Part shown: piece by piece, positions 49,956 through 58,763 of the stretch
Layout of the letters: every line of letters begins with the position of its first letter
Position numbering within the stretch: the stretch's first letter is position 1
Virus record (IMG/VR): IMGVR_UViG_3300024264_000034
Coordinates: 1-61,118 of that record
Length of the DNA stretch: 61,118 nt
Source: a virus
Lineage: Duplodnaviria; Caudoviricetes
Reading direction: 5' to 3' (one strand)
Notes under the pieces: model-generated
The model's input: the letters and a program-made list of their open reading frames with translations, nothing else
Databases searched by the model: none
Told to the model about the DNA's origin: nothing
Made by a program: the position numbers and the translations under genes

Positions 49956-50852
49956 TTAAAGAGTTTTGACTTGCTTTTGGCTCAATTCAGCAGGCGTCAT
50001 TGGTTTCATAGGCGGACTTGTTGGCGAACCTCTATCTCCAATATGAGTATGACTATTAAATAAAGACAAAAATTTATTTCCTAATACTAATGGCTCACTT
50101 GCGCCTTGGCCTAATTCAATGGATGATGAATGATTAATAATAGTATTTTTACAATTAATTATTGCATCTTCGCAATTAATCTCAGTATTTGCTCCACTGT
50201 TAATTGTAACTTGAGCAGAATGAGTAAATGTTAAATTACCATCATTAAGCATTACAATAGTATCACCGTTAGCATTTATTATTTCAACAGAATTATCAGG
50301 TTTTATATTCACTGTAGTTGGACCTTCGGTTGTAGTATAGTCCATCATTAACCCCTTTTCTTCTGTAAAGAAAACTTTAATATGTTCACCTTCTCTTTCA
50401 TTAGTTACTTCAGATACACCATCTTGCAATTCTCCAGTTAAACCAAATGCAGTATCATAAATTAATACATGAGAATTTTGGTATGAAGGTTCTACCTCAG
50501 CTTTAGTTTCATCTGAAGGGTAAATGTTTTCATGATAAACAGGTTGATAAAAATTTCCGTTATCAAAAGTAAGTCTTACAATAGAACCTAATTTAGGAAT
50601 TTCAAATTTACCACTTCCTGTATTACTTCCACCATACATTAACTGATGCGGTCTTGACCATGGGAGAGCAGCGGTTGGAATCTTATATGCACTTTCTGGA
50701 TCTCCAGGATCTACACGATCATCCATTTTACCATATACTCTAATCTTACATCGGCCTTCAAATATATCATCATTAGTATCTTCGACAATTCCTACCCATT
50801 GTGTAGATCTTAAATCATCTGAATTAAAATTTATTGGATTTACTTTTCCCAT
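49956..50852 (-). CDS. Baseplate central spike (gp5/gpV-like): OB fold, beta-helix and HxH tip
   Basis: WVGIVEDTNDD..GRCKIRV, IPKLGSIV..F.NG...P and C-terminal FNSHTHIG...PTSPP. Confidence 0.8.
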   Translation of the reverse strand: MGKVNPINFNSDDLRSTQWVGIVEDTNDDIFEGRCKIRVYGKMDDRVDPGDPESAYKIPTAALPWSRPHQLMYGGSNTGSGKFEIPKLGSIVRLTFDNGNFYQPVYHENIYPSDETKAEVEPSYQNSHVLIYDTAFGLTGELQDGVSEVTNEREGEHIKVFFTEEKGLMMDYTTTEGPTTVNIKPDNSVEIINANGDTIVMLNDGNLTFTHSAQVTINSGANTEINCEDAIINCKNTIINHSSSIELGQGASEPLVLGNKFLSLFNSHTHIGDRGSPTSPPMKPMTPAELSQKQVKTL

Positions 50853-52279
50853 TAATCAAATATATTTTCTTTTGTTATAGTAGAATTAGGCGGTGGCCCA
50901 GATGGACCAAAAACATTAGTAGAATCTAGCCCGTCATTAACAGGAGTAGCCGGGTCATAAACTTGGGAGGCAGCAAATGGGGCAGCATCTGGTGCAACCC
51001 CTAGCGGATTATCACCTATGTTTGTAATTGCTGTATCATTTCCAAATGTATCTAATTCACCGTCTGTGCCTGGTATAATTGCGCCGGCAGCTGCATTTGC
51101 TAATGCTTGTGGATTGGATATAGCACCAAGTATTTGATTTCTTAATCCAAATACATTTCCTAATGTTAAACCTTGTATGGCACTAGATGCAAATCTTCCT
51201 GCTAAATTAACCGCCCCATTTACTTGGTTCATTAATTGGTCTTTACCAAATTGTTTTAATTTTCCTGCAAAGCTAGGATCAGTATTCCCTTGTGTTTTAC
51301 CTGCATCTAATTTATCATTATAACCAGAATATTGCGATGTATCTTCCATGTTCCCATACGACCATTTTATTTCTGTGGATGCTATATTACCTCCGGTGTT
51401 AGTGACACCTTCAAATACTTTACCACTTGCAGCAGGATCCCACATACATTCCATAAATCTCATTCCTACTTGTGAAGTATTTTCATTTACAAATTCCTTA
51501 GTATCAGCTGTTGCATCACTAGGATTTAGTGCACCTAACCAATTTCTTACAGTTTTAAATTTTCTTATTTCCTGTACATAAACATAGACATCAAATTTTA
51601 ATAAATTTTTAGGAACGACATATCTTTTATAACGATTATCATAAATAGCCATTTTATATAAATTAAATAGAGCAGTAATTTTTAAATCAATTGCCTCAAG
51701 GCAGCCTATAGTTATACCTTCTTCTCCAGTTGTACCTGTATAAGGATCTATGGAGAATGAAGAATTCTTTTCCCATGCTTCTTTTATGCCTGCAATTGTT
51801 TGAAAATAATATGGTCTTGTTTGATTAACTTCCTGAATACCTTGAATAAATGCTTTTAAATATTCAGCTCTATTTGCTTCTCCTATTTTATTTAAGTATG
51901 CTACTGCTGATGGTGTTGAAGGATAATTATTATTTGAATCAGATGGTGTACTAATAAGTCCACCTTGTGTAGATACCTGACCATCTCCAGGTGCAGGTGT
52001 TAGAGCAGCAGGAGGAATTCCATTTGAGCCAACCGTGGCACCATTAAATAATGGCGATGTAATATCAAACATTAAACTAAAACCAAGATACGTAGGATCA
52101 TCTAATGAGGTTACAGCATTAGATCCAGATCCGTTAGCTGTCTTTGCATTATTTACAAACCTTTTTGCAAATTCGTAACTAGATGGAAATGAACTTCCAC
52201 CTAAATAAGAACCAAAAGGTCCAGCTAATTGCGCCAATCCTTGGCTACCTGCTGGATTTGCTAAATCTATTAAAGGCAT
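50852..52279 (-). CDS. Putative baseplate/tail-tube initiator protein (gp54-like?) (475 aa)
   Basis: Position between hub and spike genes; tube-fold-like core (ITIGCLEAIDLKI...FDVYVYV). The family call is tentative. Confidence 0.4.
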   Translation of the reverse strand: MPLIDLANPAGSQGLAQLAGPFGSYLGGSSFPSSYEFAKRFVNNAKTANGSGSNAVTSLDDPTYLGFSLMFDITSPLFNGATVGSNGIPPAALTPAPGDGQVSTQGGLISTPSDSNNNYPSTPSAVAYLNKIGEANRAEYLKAFIQGIQEVNQTRPYYFQTIAGIKEAWEKNSSFSIDPYTGTTGEEGITIGCLEAIDLKITALFNLYKMAIYDNRYKRYVVPKNLLKFDVYVYVQEIRKFKTVRNWLGALNPSDATADTKEFVNENTSQVGMRFMECMWDPAASGKVFEGVTNTGGNIASTEIKWSYGNMEDTSQYSGYNDKLDAGKTQGNTDPSFAGKLKQFGKDQLMNQVNGAVNLAGRFASSAIQGLTLGNVFGLRNQILGAISNPQALANAAAGAIIPGTDGELDTFGNDTAITNIGDNPLGVAPDAAPFAASQVYDPATPVNDGLDSTNVFGPSGPPPNSTITKENIFD

Positions 52280-52304
52280 AATCTAATCATGTTTTTATAT
52301 TTAT

Positions 52305-53789
52305 TTATGTAGACGGAGTAAACTCTCGTCGCTGTAATTTTAATTTCATTCTTATTGGCCCAGGTTCAGTATATAACCACTCTACACCAGTTATAACATA
52401 AAATCCCGTTAAGTATTCATTCACTATACCATTCTGTGAAGCTGCATCATTTTCTACATCATCACCTGATCTAGTTTGTGGTGCATCTTCACCTTCAATC
52501 TCATCATTATTTGGTCCAAGTAAAGTACTTTTTATTGGGCTAGCATATTCTAAAATTTGAACATATATTCTACTATATCTTACAAGAGCAGGGTTAACTG
52601 TATCTAATTCTATAATCATTCCCATTTTATTAATCTCAACATTATTCTGATAGTTTTGAACTACTGCGTGTTGAAATTCAGGGTGAACGTTGTCTCCTTG
52701 TGTTCCTAGATATTTATATTTAACTTGGTCATTTCTAGGTCCTTCTGGTTCGCCGTCTATAATTCTACCTTTTGTTGCTGGTATCATTCCTGGTGTATCA
52801 TTTGTTAAAGGATCTACAAATTCACTTATCCATTCTTTGGCTTCTAAATCCCAATACTGAGTATATCTTTTATAACCGTTAGCTTTACTAATCTCACCAC
52901 TCTTATTAACCATTTCATATTTAGAAACATATCTTGCACCACCTTGCATTTGAACCATGTTACTTAAATAATTTGGAATATTGCCTTCTTGCCCCTCAGC
53001 ACCTTCAGCACCAATAGTATCTCCAGCGTTTTGGCTAAAATCTTGGCTTGCTTCAATTTCACCTTCTTGGCTAAATAATCTATTAACATCAACCATAGTT
53101 AAATAATAGTAAGGGTCAATATAAGATGTAAAAAAAGTTTCATCACTTAAGTAACTATTTGCAACAATATCTTGGATCCAAGTTTCGGTAGTATCATTAG
53201 GATTAGTCCATGTCATAGTATCCGCAGTTTCCTCAACGTTAGAGGCATAGCCTAATTGTAATCTTTCTGCAATATTTAATAAAGCATCCCAACTAGTAAC
53301 CTCTTCTTCATATTCTACATTTTCTGTAAAAAGGTTTGGAATAAACATTCTACCTGTTACGAGATATTCACTAGCCGAAACTCCACCACCACCCCCAACA
53401 GGTTTACAATCAACAACGGTAAAATCTATTCTTATAGGTTTAAATGTAGTCTCATCACCCTGAGATCTGATATTAACCTGTATTAAGTCACCATCTTTAG
53501 GATAAAATCTTGCAGTAAACATTCCATCCACGTCTGCAAATTGAATTCTACATGTAGGATAAAAAGCATTATTTTTTAGTGTGAATAGATTTAACCTATC
53601 CATTTGAACATCATAACCATTTATTCTAATAACAGGAACTACCTGTGAAAATTTGGAAGGTCTTTCCTTCATCGTACTATTATCCGAATTTTCACTACCG
53701 CTTTCTATATCCAATATTTCTAAAGGATCTAATTTAATAGCAGGTTCTATGACTGTTAATATATTTCTTTCAACTATGCTTTCAGACAT
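52305..53789 (-). CDS. Putative baseplate hub protein (gp27-like) (494 aa)
   Basis: PTCRIQFAD..G.F...PKDGDLI N-terminus and C-terminal LTGFYVITGVEW...LKLQRRE pattern. Confidence 0.55.
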   Translation of the reverse strand: MSESIVERNILTVIEPAIKLDPLEILDIESGSENSDNSTMKERPSKFSQVVPVIRINGYDVQMDRLNLFTLKNNAFYPTCRIQFADVDGMFTARFYPKDGDLIQVNIRSQGDETTFKPIRIDFTVVDCKPVGGGGGVSASEYLVTGRMFIPNLFTENVEYEEEVTSWDALLNIAERLQLGYASNVEETADTMTWTNPNDTTETWIQDIVANSYLSDETFFTSYIDPYYYLTMVDVNRLFSQEGEIEASQDFSQNAGDTIGAEGAEGQEGNIPNYLSNMVQMQGGARYVSKYEMVNKSGEISKANGYKRYTQYWDLEAKEWISEFVDPLTNDTPGMIPATKGRIIDGEPEGPRNDQVKYKYLGTQGDNVHPEFQHAVVQNYQNNVEINKMGMIIELDTVNPALVRYSRIYVQILEYASPIKSTLLGPNNDEIEGEDAPQTRSGDDVENDAASQNGIVNEYLTGFYVITGVEWLYTEPGPIRMKLKLQRREFTPST

Positions 53790-53798
53790 ATCCTATAA

Positions 53799-54338
53799 TT
53801 ATGTGTTTGTGTTATTCCTAGTAGGTAAGTTAGCACCTAATTTTATTTTTCCTCCTTCATATACTTTGGCATCTTGCCCTTGTTGAAGCATGTTAGGTGG
53901 AATAGGCGCTTTTACTCCAGCCTTTTTGGTTTTGGCTTTTTGTATCAATCGCTGTATTCTTGATTGATCCATTTCGCTCTGTCTACCAGTATCAACATAT
54001 TGTGATAATGCTGCACTTGGTCTAGATGCTGCATTAGGTCTCCTATAAACTAGCTCTTCTTCTTTAAGTTGAGGTATAGCTAAAACATCACCTTCTTGTA
54101 AACTAAAAGGATTAAAAATATTATTAACAACACAGATGGCATCAATGTACTTCCCTGACCCAAAATACTTTTGTGATATTTTATCAACTCGACCTGCCTC
54201 ATCAGCTGTTACGTAGTGTAATGCTTTAACACCAAGCTCTCTTTTATATTTAAATGAAGGGGCTGTTAAGTCATAATACTGTTCTCCAGTTTTATCATCA
54301 GATATTTTATTCTTTAATGTAAGAGATTTAATATTCAT
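53799..54338 (-). CDS. Baseplate wedge protein gp53-like (LysM-like fold)
   Basis: GRVDKISQKYFGSGKYIDAICVVNNIFNPFSLQEGDVLAIP. Confidence 0.7.
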   Translation of the reverse strand: MNIKSLTLKNKISDDKTGEQYYDLTAPSFKYKRELGVKALHYVTADEAGRVDKISQKYFGSGKYIDAICVVNNIFNPFSLQEGDVLAIPQLKEEELVYRRPNAASRPSAALSQYVDTGRQSEMDQSRIQRLIQKAKTKKAGVKAPIPPNMLQQGQDAKVYEGGKIKLGANLPTRNNTNT

Positions 54339-54352
54339 TTTTAATTATTCTT

Positions 54353-56152
54353 TTATGAATCAATTAGCATTTGTGTTGTATTACTAACTGCTTCGGCTGT
54401 TGCTGTTAAACCTAAGTTACCTTTCGCAGACTTATTAGATTTAATATTACTAATCTGTTCATTATTAAAATCAGATGCTGCTGCTTGATTAGTACTAGGT
54501 TTTAATGATTGTGTTCCAATGTCTGGTATAGAGCCATAAGTAGCAACTTCTTTACCTGCTAAATTTAATACATCTTCAACACCGGCGGCAGATGCGTATA
54601 TTCTACCCTTTCCAGCATTAAACATATTTTCTATATCACCTTTATCACGAGGCTTTGCATGTTTCATATCTATTTCAAATTTTACCTCCATAGGAAAATC
54701 ATCATAACCTAAACCTTGGCCTAATGTCATTGTAGAGTTATCACAAATCATATTACCCATCATAACGATAGGGTTCAGTGGATTACCAACAGTTATATGC
54801 CAGTCACCAGTAGGTTCACCACTAATAAAAGCTTTTGTTGCTTGTGTACCTGTTTGCCCACCTACTTGGCTACCTAAAAATCCTCCTAACATATTACCTA
54901 GTAAATTCTTACCAACCTTTTTTAATCCATCTACAAAACTGTTTGCAGAAAAACCGCCTTCCTGATCGCCAAATAATCCTTTGAATCCATTCTCAACATC
55001 ATTAACTACACTTCCCATATACCCAGAAAAATTACCACCTCTTAATAAATTAGGATCTCCAAATTGACTAGCTACATAACCTGCACTACCATAATACCTA
55101 TGCCCACCACCAAAGAATTGAGCATTATTAGTAGACATGGTTAACATATTACTAATAATATCAATCATTGCTATTTTAGGATTAATATAGCTTAACGATT
55201 TTAATTCATATTCAAATGTTAGTTTCATATCATTTGAAAACTTTAATCCTCTATCTCTAATTTGTGTAGTATCAATTACGTTAACAGGACCTAAAACAAA
55301 ATTTGCATAAGTAGTACCTAACCTATCTGCTGTACTGCTACCTGCACCATTTTGTGCTCTAAACTTAGCTCCAGAACTAACATCCTTTGCAGAATCAGCT
55401 ATTGCCCTACCTACACCTCCAATTTTATTGTAAAAAGGTTGCTGAGTATAACCTCCTCCAGCACCACCTTGGTCAATAGCTTCAAAATCAGCTTTAAGTT
55501 CTTTGTAATTTAATCCAAAAGACATTTTTAATAATTCTTCTAATGTATTACCTGCGGTTTCACCTAAATAAGTTATAGCAGTTACACCAGCAATCTGAGT
55601 TGCATCAACTTCATCATTCTCAGAATCCTTAGGCCTAACACTATACTTATAAATATTATCAGGAATAGGTGTTGGAAATCTTCTTAATGTAATTAAATGA
55701 TTTACCGGAATCTTTTTGTAATATTTAGAATATAAAAAATCTGATGGCTTATAACCTATCTTAGGATACTTTTCTTCAAAGTAATTAATTATCTTTGGCA
55801 ATGAAACTTGATTAGCTTGTGTACCACCCATTAATGGATTATCTGCCTGGTCAATAAAATTATTACTTTGTGAAGATTCTAGGTTTCCATAAAATCCTTG
55901 AAAATTAAAAAGAGCATACTTATTAGCAATAGATGATGGAATTGGGGTATCAGACATACCTTTTGCCACGGTTAGAGAATCCGCTACTGCTGAATTAGTA
56001 TAAAAGTTTTTTGAATATAAGTCACTTACACCTTTAGCAAAACCTGTAGATTCACCACCAAAAGGTCCTAACCTATCGTTGTTTAACTTATTAGGTCCAG
56101 GATACATTGCATCATTAAGACTGCCTATTTTCTCACTTAAATTAAATCCCAT
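54353..56152 (-). CDS. Putative baseplate tail-tube cap/initiator protein (gp48-like?) (599 aa)
   Basis: Adjacent to the gp53-like gene; MKLTFEYEL, WHITVGNP.NPI..GNMI and DDFPMEVKFEI. The family call is tentative. Confidence 0.45.
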   Translation of the reverse strand: MGFNLSEKIGSLNDAMYPGPNKLNNDRLGPFGGESTGFAKGVSDLYSKNFYTNSAVADSLTVAKGMSDTPIPSSIANKYALFNFQGFYGNLESSQSNNFIDQADNPLMGGTQANQVSLPKIINYFEEKYPKIGYKPSDFLYSKYYKKIPVNHLITLRRFPTPIPDNIYKYSVRPKDSENDEVDATQIAGVTAITYLGETAGNTLEELLKMSFGLNYKELKADFEAIDQGGAGGGYTQQPFYNKIGGVGRAIADSAKDVSSGAKFRAQNGAGSSTADRLGTTYANFVLGPVNVIDTTQIRDRGLKFSNDMKLTFEYELKSLSYINPKIAMIDIISNMLTMSTNNAQFFGGGHRYYGSAGYVASQFGDPNLLRGGNFSGYMGSVVNDVENGFKGLFGDQEGGFSANSFVDGLKKVGKNLLGNMLGGFLGSQVGGQTGTQATKAFISGEPTGDWHITVGNPLNPIVMMGNMICDNSTMTLGQGLGYDDFPMEVKFEIDMKHAKPRDKGDIENMFNAGKGRIYASAAGVEDVLNLAGKEVATYGSIPDIGTQSLKPSTNQAAASDFNNEQISNIKSNKSAKGNLGLTATAEAVSNTTQMLIDS

Positions 56153-56177
56153 AAAATACAGTTATTTTATTATATAT

Positions 56178-56741
56178 TTAACCTAAGCTGTTGAGGTACT
56201 TGTCGATGCTTAAGTTACTTTTTTCAAATTTGTCAGCCCAGCCTATTTTGTATCTAGCATCAAATTCTCTTACACTATCTAATGATAGGGGGCCTTTGAA
56301 AAATGGCCTGGATGATATGTCTCTAATCTCTTTTAAGTTTTTAGAAATCATATAAAGTTGAACCTTTTCAAATAATTCAGATAATCCAACTTTTGTTTTT
56401 GTACACATGACTGATTCTATAACTACATAAAATCTTTCTCTATCTTTTTCATTTAATCTATCTTCTAAAACTTTAACAGTTTTAAAGTCTTCAGCTTTGA
56501 GAATCATTTTCCTTGCTCTGTTTTCAAACATATGTCTAAAATTCATATCAAAGAAATGTTGTTTAAGAAATCTCATATTATCATAAAACTTAATAATACG
56601 AATTTGATAAAGTGGATTTACTGGATCCCATTTGGAATCTAAGATTTTGCCCTTAACGGGTAAAAGTATATTAGGATTAGTATGAGATGCTAATAAACAG
56701 TATACGTTCTGTCCTTTATTAAATATTCTATGTGTCTTCAT
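56178..56741 (-). CDS. Hypothetical protein, possible SH3/KOW-like N-terminus (187 aa)
   Basis: FNKGQNVYCL...VKGKIL...YQIRI; ATGA overlap with the upstream gene. Confidence 0.6.
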   Translation of the reverse strand: MKTHRIFNKGQNVYCLLASHTNPNILLPVKGKILDSKWDPVNPLYQIRIIKFYDNMRFLKQHFFDMNFRHMFENRARKMILKAEDFKTVKVLEDRLNEKDRERFYVVIESVMCTKTKVGLSELFEKVQLYMISKNLKEIRDISSRPFFKGPLSLDSVREFDARYKIGWADKFEKSNLSIDKYLNSLG

Positions 56742-57130
56742 TCAAATTCTATTATGTCATCGAATAGCTCAGCAGTACCGTTGACAGTAATATCAGGTGA
56801 ATGATAAATTTTATAAGTAATAGGTTTATCAGATAATGTTTCTACATATGTTTGTATTCCGCCAACTGTTTCTTTATTAAGATTTCCTAAAACATAAAAT
56901 ATTGTTGTAGAAATGTTACGCCCTATTGCATTCTGTAACTGTCTCATTAAATAAGATGATACTACTGCATCAGATGGTTCATATTGATAAAAATCATTCT
57001 TTGTAAGTTTGTTAAATATATCCATATAATTTATACACTCTATACTCCTAGGAACGTTTCCAAGAAATGTTTTAACGCGTAGCGCATCATTAGAGTATAT
57101 GAAATTAAATTCTATATGTTCTTCTTCCAT
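56738..57130 (-). CDS. Hypothetical protein (130 aa)
   Basis: ORF overlapping both neighbours in an operon-like run. Confidence 0.6.
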   Translation of the reverse strand: MEEEHIEFNFIYSNDALRVKTFLGNVPRSIECINYMDIFNKLTKNDFYQYEPSDAVVSSYLMRQLQNAIGRNISTTIFYVLGNLNKETVGGIQTYVETLSDKPITYKIYHSPDITVNGTAELFDDIIEFE

Positions 57131-57444
57131 TCTTCTAGTTCCTTAAGCTCACTCTTAAGTTTCTTTATTTTAAATTCAATATCTTTTGCCGAAGGTTCAT
57201 AGTGAGTACCCCACTGTGTATTAATATCTAATACAGTTTTATCAAATTTACTACCGACCTCTAACCCAAGGTCATCGCACAAATCAAAAAAGAATCTTTT
57301 TACATAACTGTATTGATTCTTATCATTTTCATTTGACTCATAAACATCCGTTGAGGTAAAATGTTCTCTACCTCCACCATGATTGTCATCAATGACTTTT
57401 TTGATTACACCATTTCTAGCCGGTTCTAAAACTATCTTAATCAT
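57112..57444 (-). CDS. Hypothetical protein (110 aa)
   Basis: ORF abutting its neighbours; C-terminal coiled coil. Confidence 0.6.
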   Translation of the reverse strand: MIKIVLEPARNGVIKKVIDDNHGGGREHFTSTDVYESNENDKNQYSYVKRFFFDLCDDLGLEVGSKFDKTVLDINTQWGTHYEPSAKDIEFKIKKLKSELKELEEWKKNI

Positions 57445-57831
57445 TTATGATTTTCTTGAGTTTAGTTTTTCCCTTAATTCTTTAAAGGTTTTCCTTGCAA
57501 CTTTTTTGTCTTTATGCCAAGTAGATTTATCTTTAATTGTAATCAGAGCTAATGCATCTCTTAATTTTTCTATTTCTTTATCTGTATAACCTTCTTCTTT
57601 CCATCTATTTATATGAATAAGTTCAGCTGCCTCCAACGAAGCATATATAGATTTTTCAGCAGCTTCAACATTAGCAGCATGTATTTCATTTCCTTTTTCT
57701 CTAGTTTGTTTACAGATTTCTAACCATTCTTTTAATGATAATTTACTTTTCATTTTTAGAATTCCTTGGTAATTCATAGCCGCTCTTCTTTGGCGACGAT
57801 TAGGTATAGTTTGATTTGCAGTCTCGCTCAT
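57445..57831 (-). CDS. Basic hypothetical protein with N-terminal arginine-rich motif (128 aa)
   Basis: PNRRQRRAAM; AATATATAA box at 57845-57853 upstream. Confidence 0.6.
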   Translation of the reverse strand: MSETANQTIPNRRQRRAAMNYQGILKMKSKLSLKEWLEICKQTREKGNEIHAANVEAAEKSIYASLEAAELIHINRWKEEGYTDKEIEKLRDALALITIKDKSTWHKDKKVARKTFKELREKLNSRKS

Positions 57832-57870
57832 ATGATTAATTTTATTATATATTACTAGTTATAAAGTGTG

Positions 57871-58407
57871 CTATTCGCCTTTGTACTTACTCTCGATTAA
57901 TGATTGTACACTACCGTGTAAGCAGTCTAATATTTCATCTTCAGATAATTGGTCTAAGATAAATGATTCTAATACATCATCAACTTCATTCTTATCAAAA
58001 GAACTACTCATTAATTCGTAAACAGCTTTTTGTGGAATATTTACAGGAAATTCTAGAATAAGTTTTACTTTATTGTTTTTCTTTTGTTTATTAAATAAAA
58101 CTCTAATAGGGTTTGGCGTAGTATTTAAAGCAGGAATTGAAACATCAGTTGGTGTCTTTTGTGGTGCTGATACATTTAGTGGATCTTTTCCAGCAGATGT
58201 AGGTTGTACAAATTCTCCAGCTATATCTTCGTTCAATGCTTGTATGTATTCAGACTTTAAACCTTTGGCTAATCTACCACCATTTTCAAAGTTTATCCAT
58301 TTGTCATCTTCGCTTTTGATAGTAACTACTAAACCAATATCATCACCCTTAATCCACTGCCAATGTTTAACTTCTGGTGAAGCTTCATCAATATTATCTT
58401 TTTGCAT
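57871..58407 (-). CDS. Hypothetical protein (178 aa)
   Basis: ORF preceded by TTAAAC-N17-TATAAT (about 58424-58452). Confidence 0.6.
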   Translation of the reverse strand: MQKDNIDEASPEVKHWQWIKGDDIGLVVTIKSEDDKWINFENGGRLAKGLKSEYIQALNEDIAGEFVQPTSAGKDPLNVSAPQKTPTDVSIPALNTTPNPIRVLFNKQKKNNKVKLILEFPVNIPQKAVYELMSSSFDKNEVDDVLESFILDQLSEDEILDCLHGSVQSLIESKYKGE

Positions 58408-58459
58408 TTGTTGTCTATTTATTATTATACATTAAATATAATAATTGTTTAAGAATCTA

Positions 58460-58750
58460 TTATGTACAGTTTCCATCATTATCTTGATTACATTCTTTAG
58501 CAGGATCATCCTCTATATACGGATCCCATGTCATAGCAGGTTGTCCAGCAGCAATTAATCCATTATTAAAAGCTTCAAAATTTGAAAATGTATTTATATT
58601 GGCAAGAGGATATTTAACAGTAGCTTCTCTTACACCTCCTTTACCAGATCTATTAATGCCCGTAAGAAATGCTATAAGATATGAAGTTTTCTTAGCATCT
58701 TCATATACAATATAAAAATCATCTCCAGTTGGTGTTATATCTTGTACCAT
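58460..58750 (-). CDS. Small hypothetical protein (96 aa)
   Basis: ORF directly downstream of the DUF285-like gene with an A-rich leader. Confidence 0.55.
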   Translation of the reverse strand: MVQDITPTGDDFYIVYEDAKKTSYLIAFLTGINRSGKGGVREATVKYPLANINTFSNFEAFNNGLIAAGQPAMTWDPYIEDDPAKECNQDNDGNCT

Positions 58751-58763
58751 AATTTATTATTTT

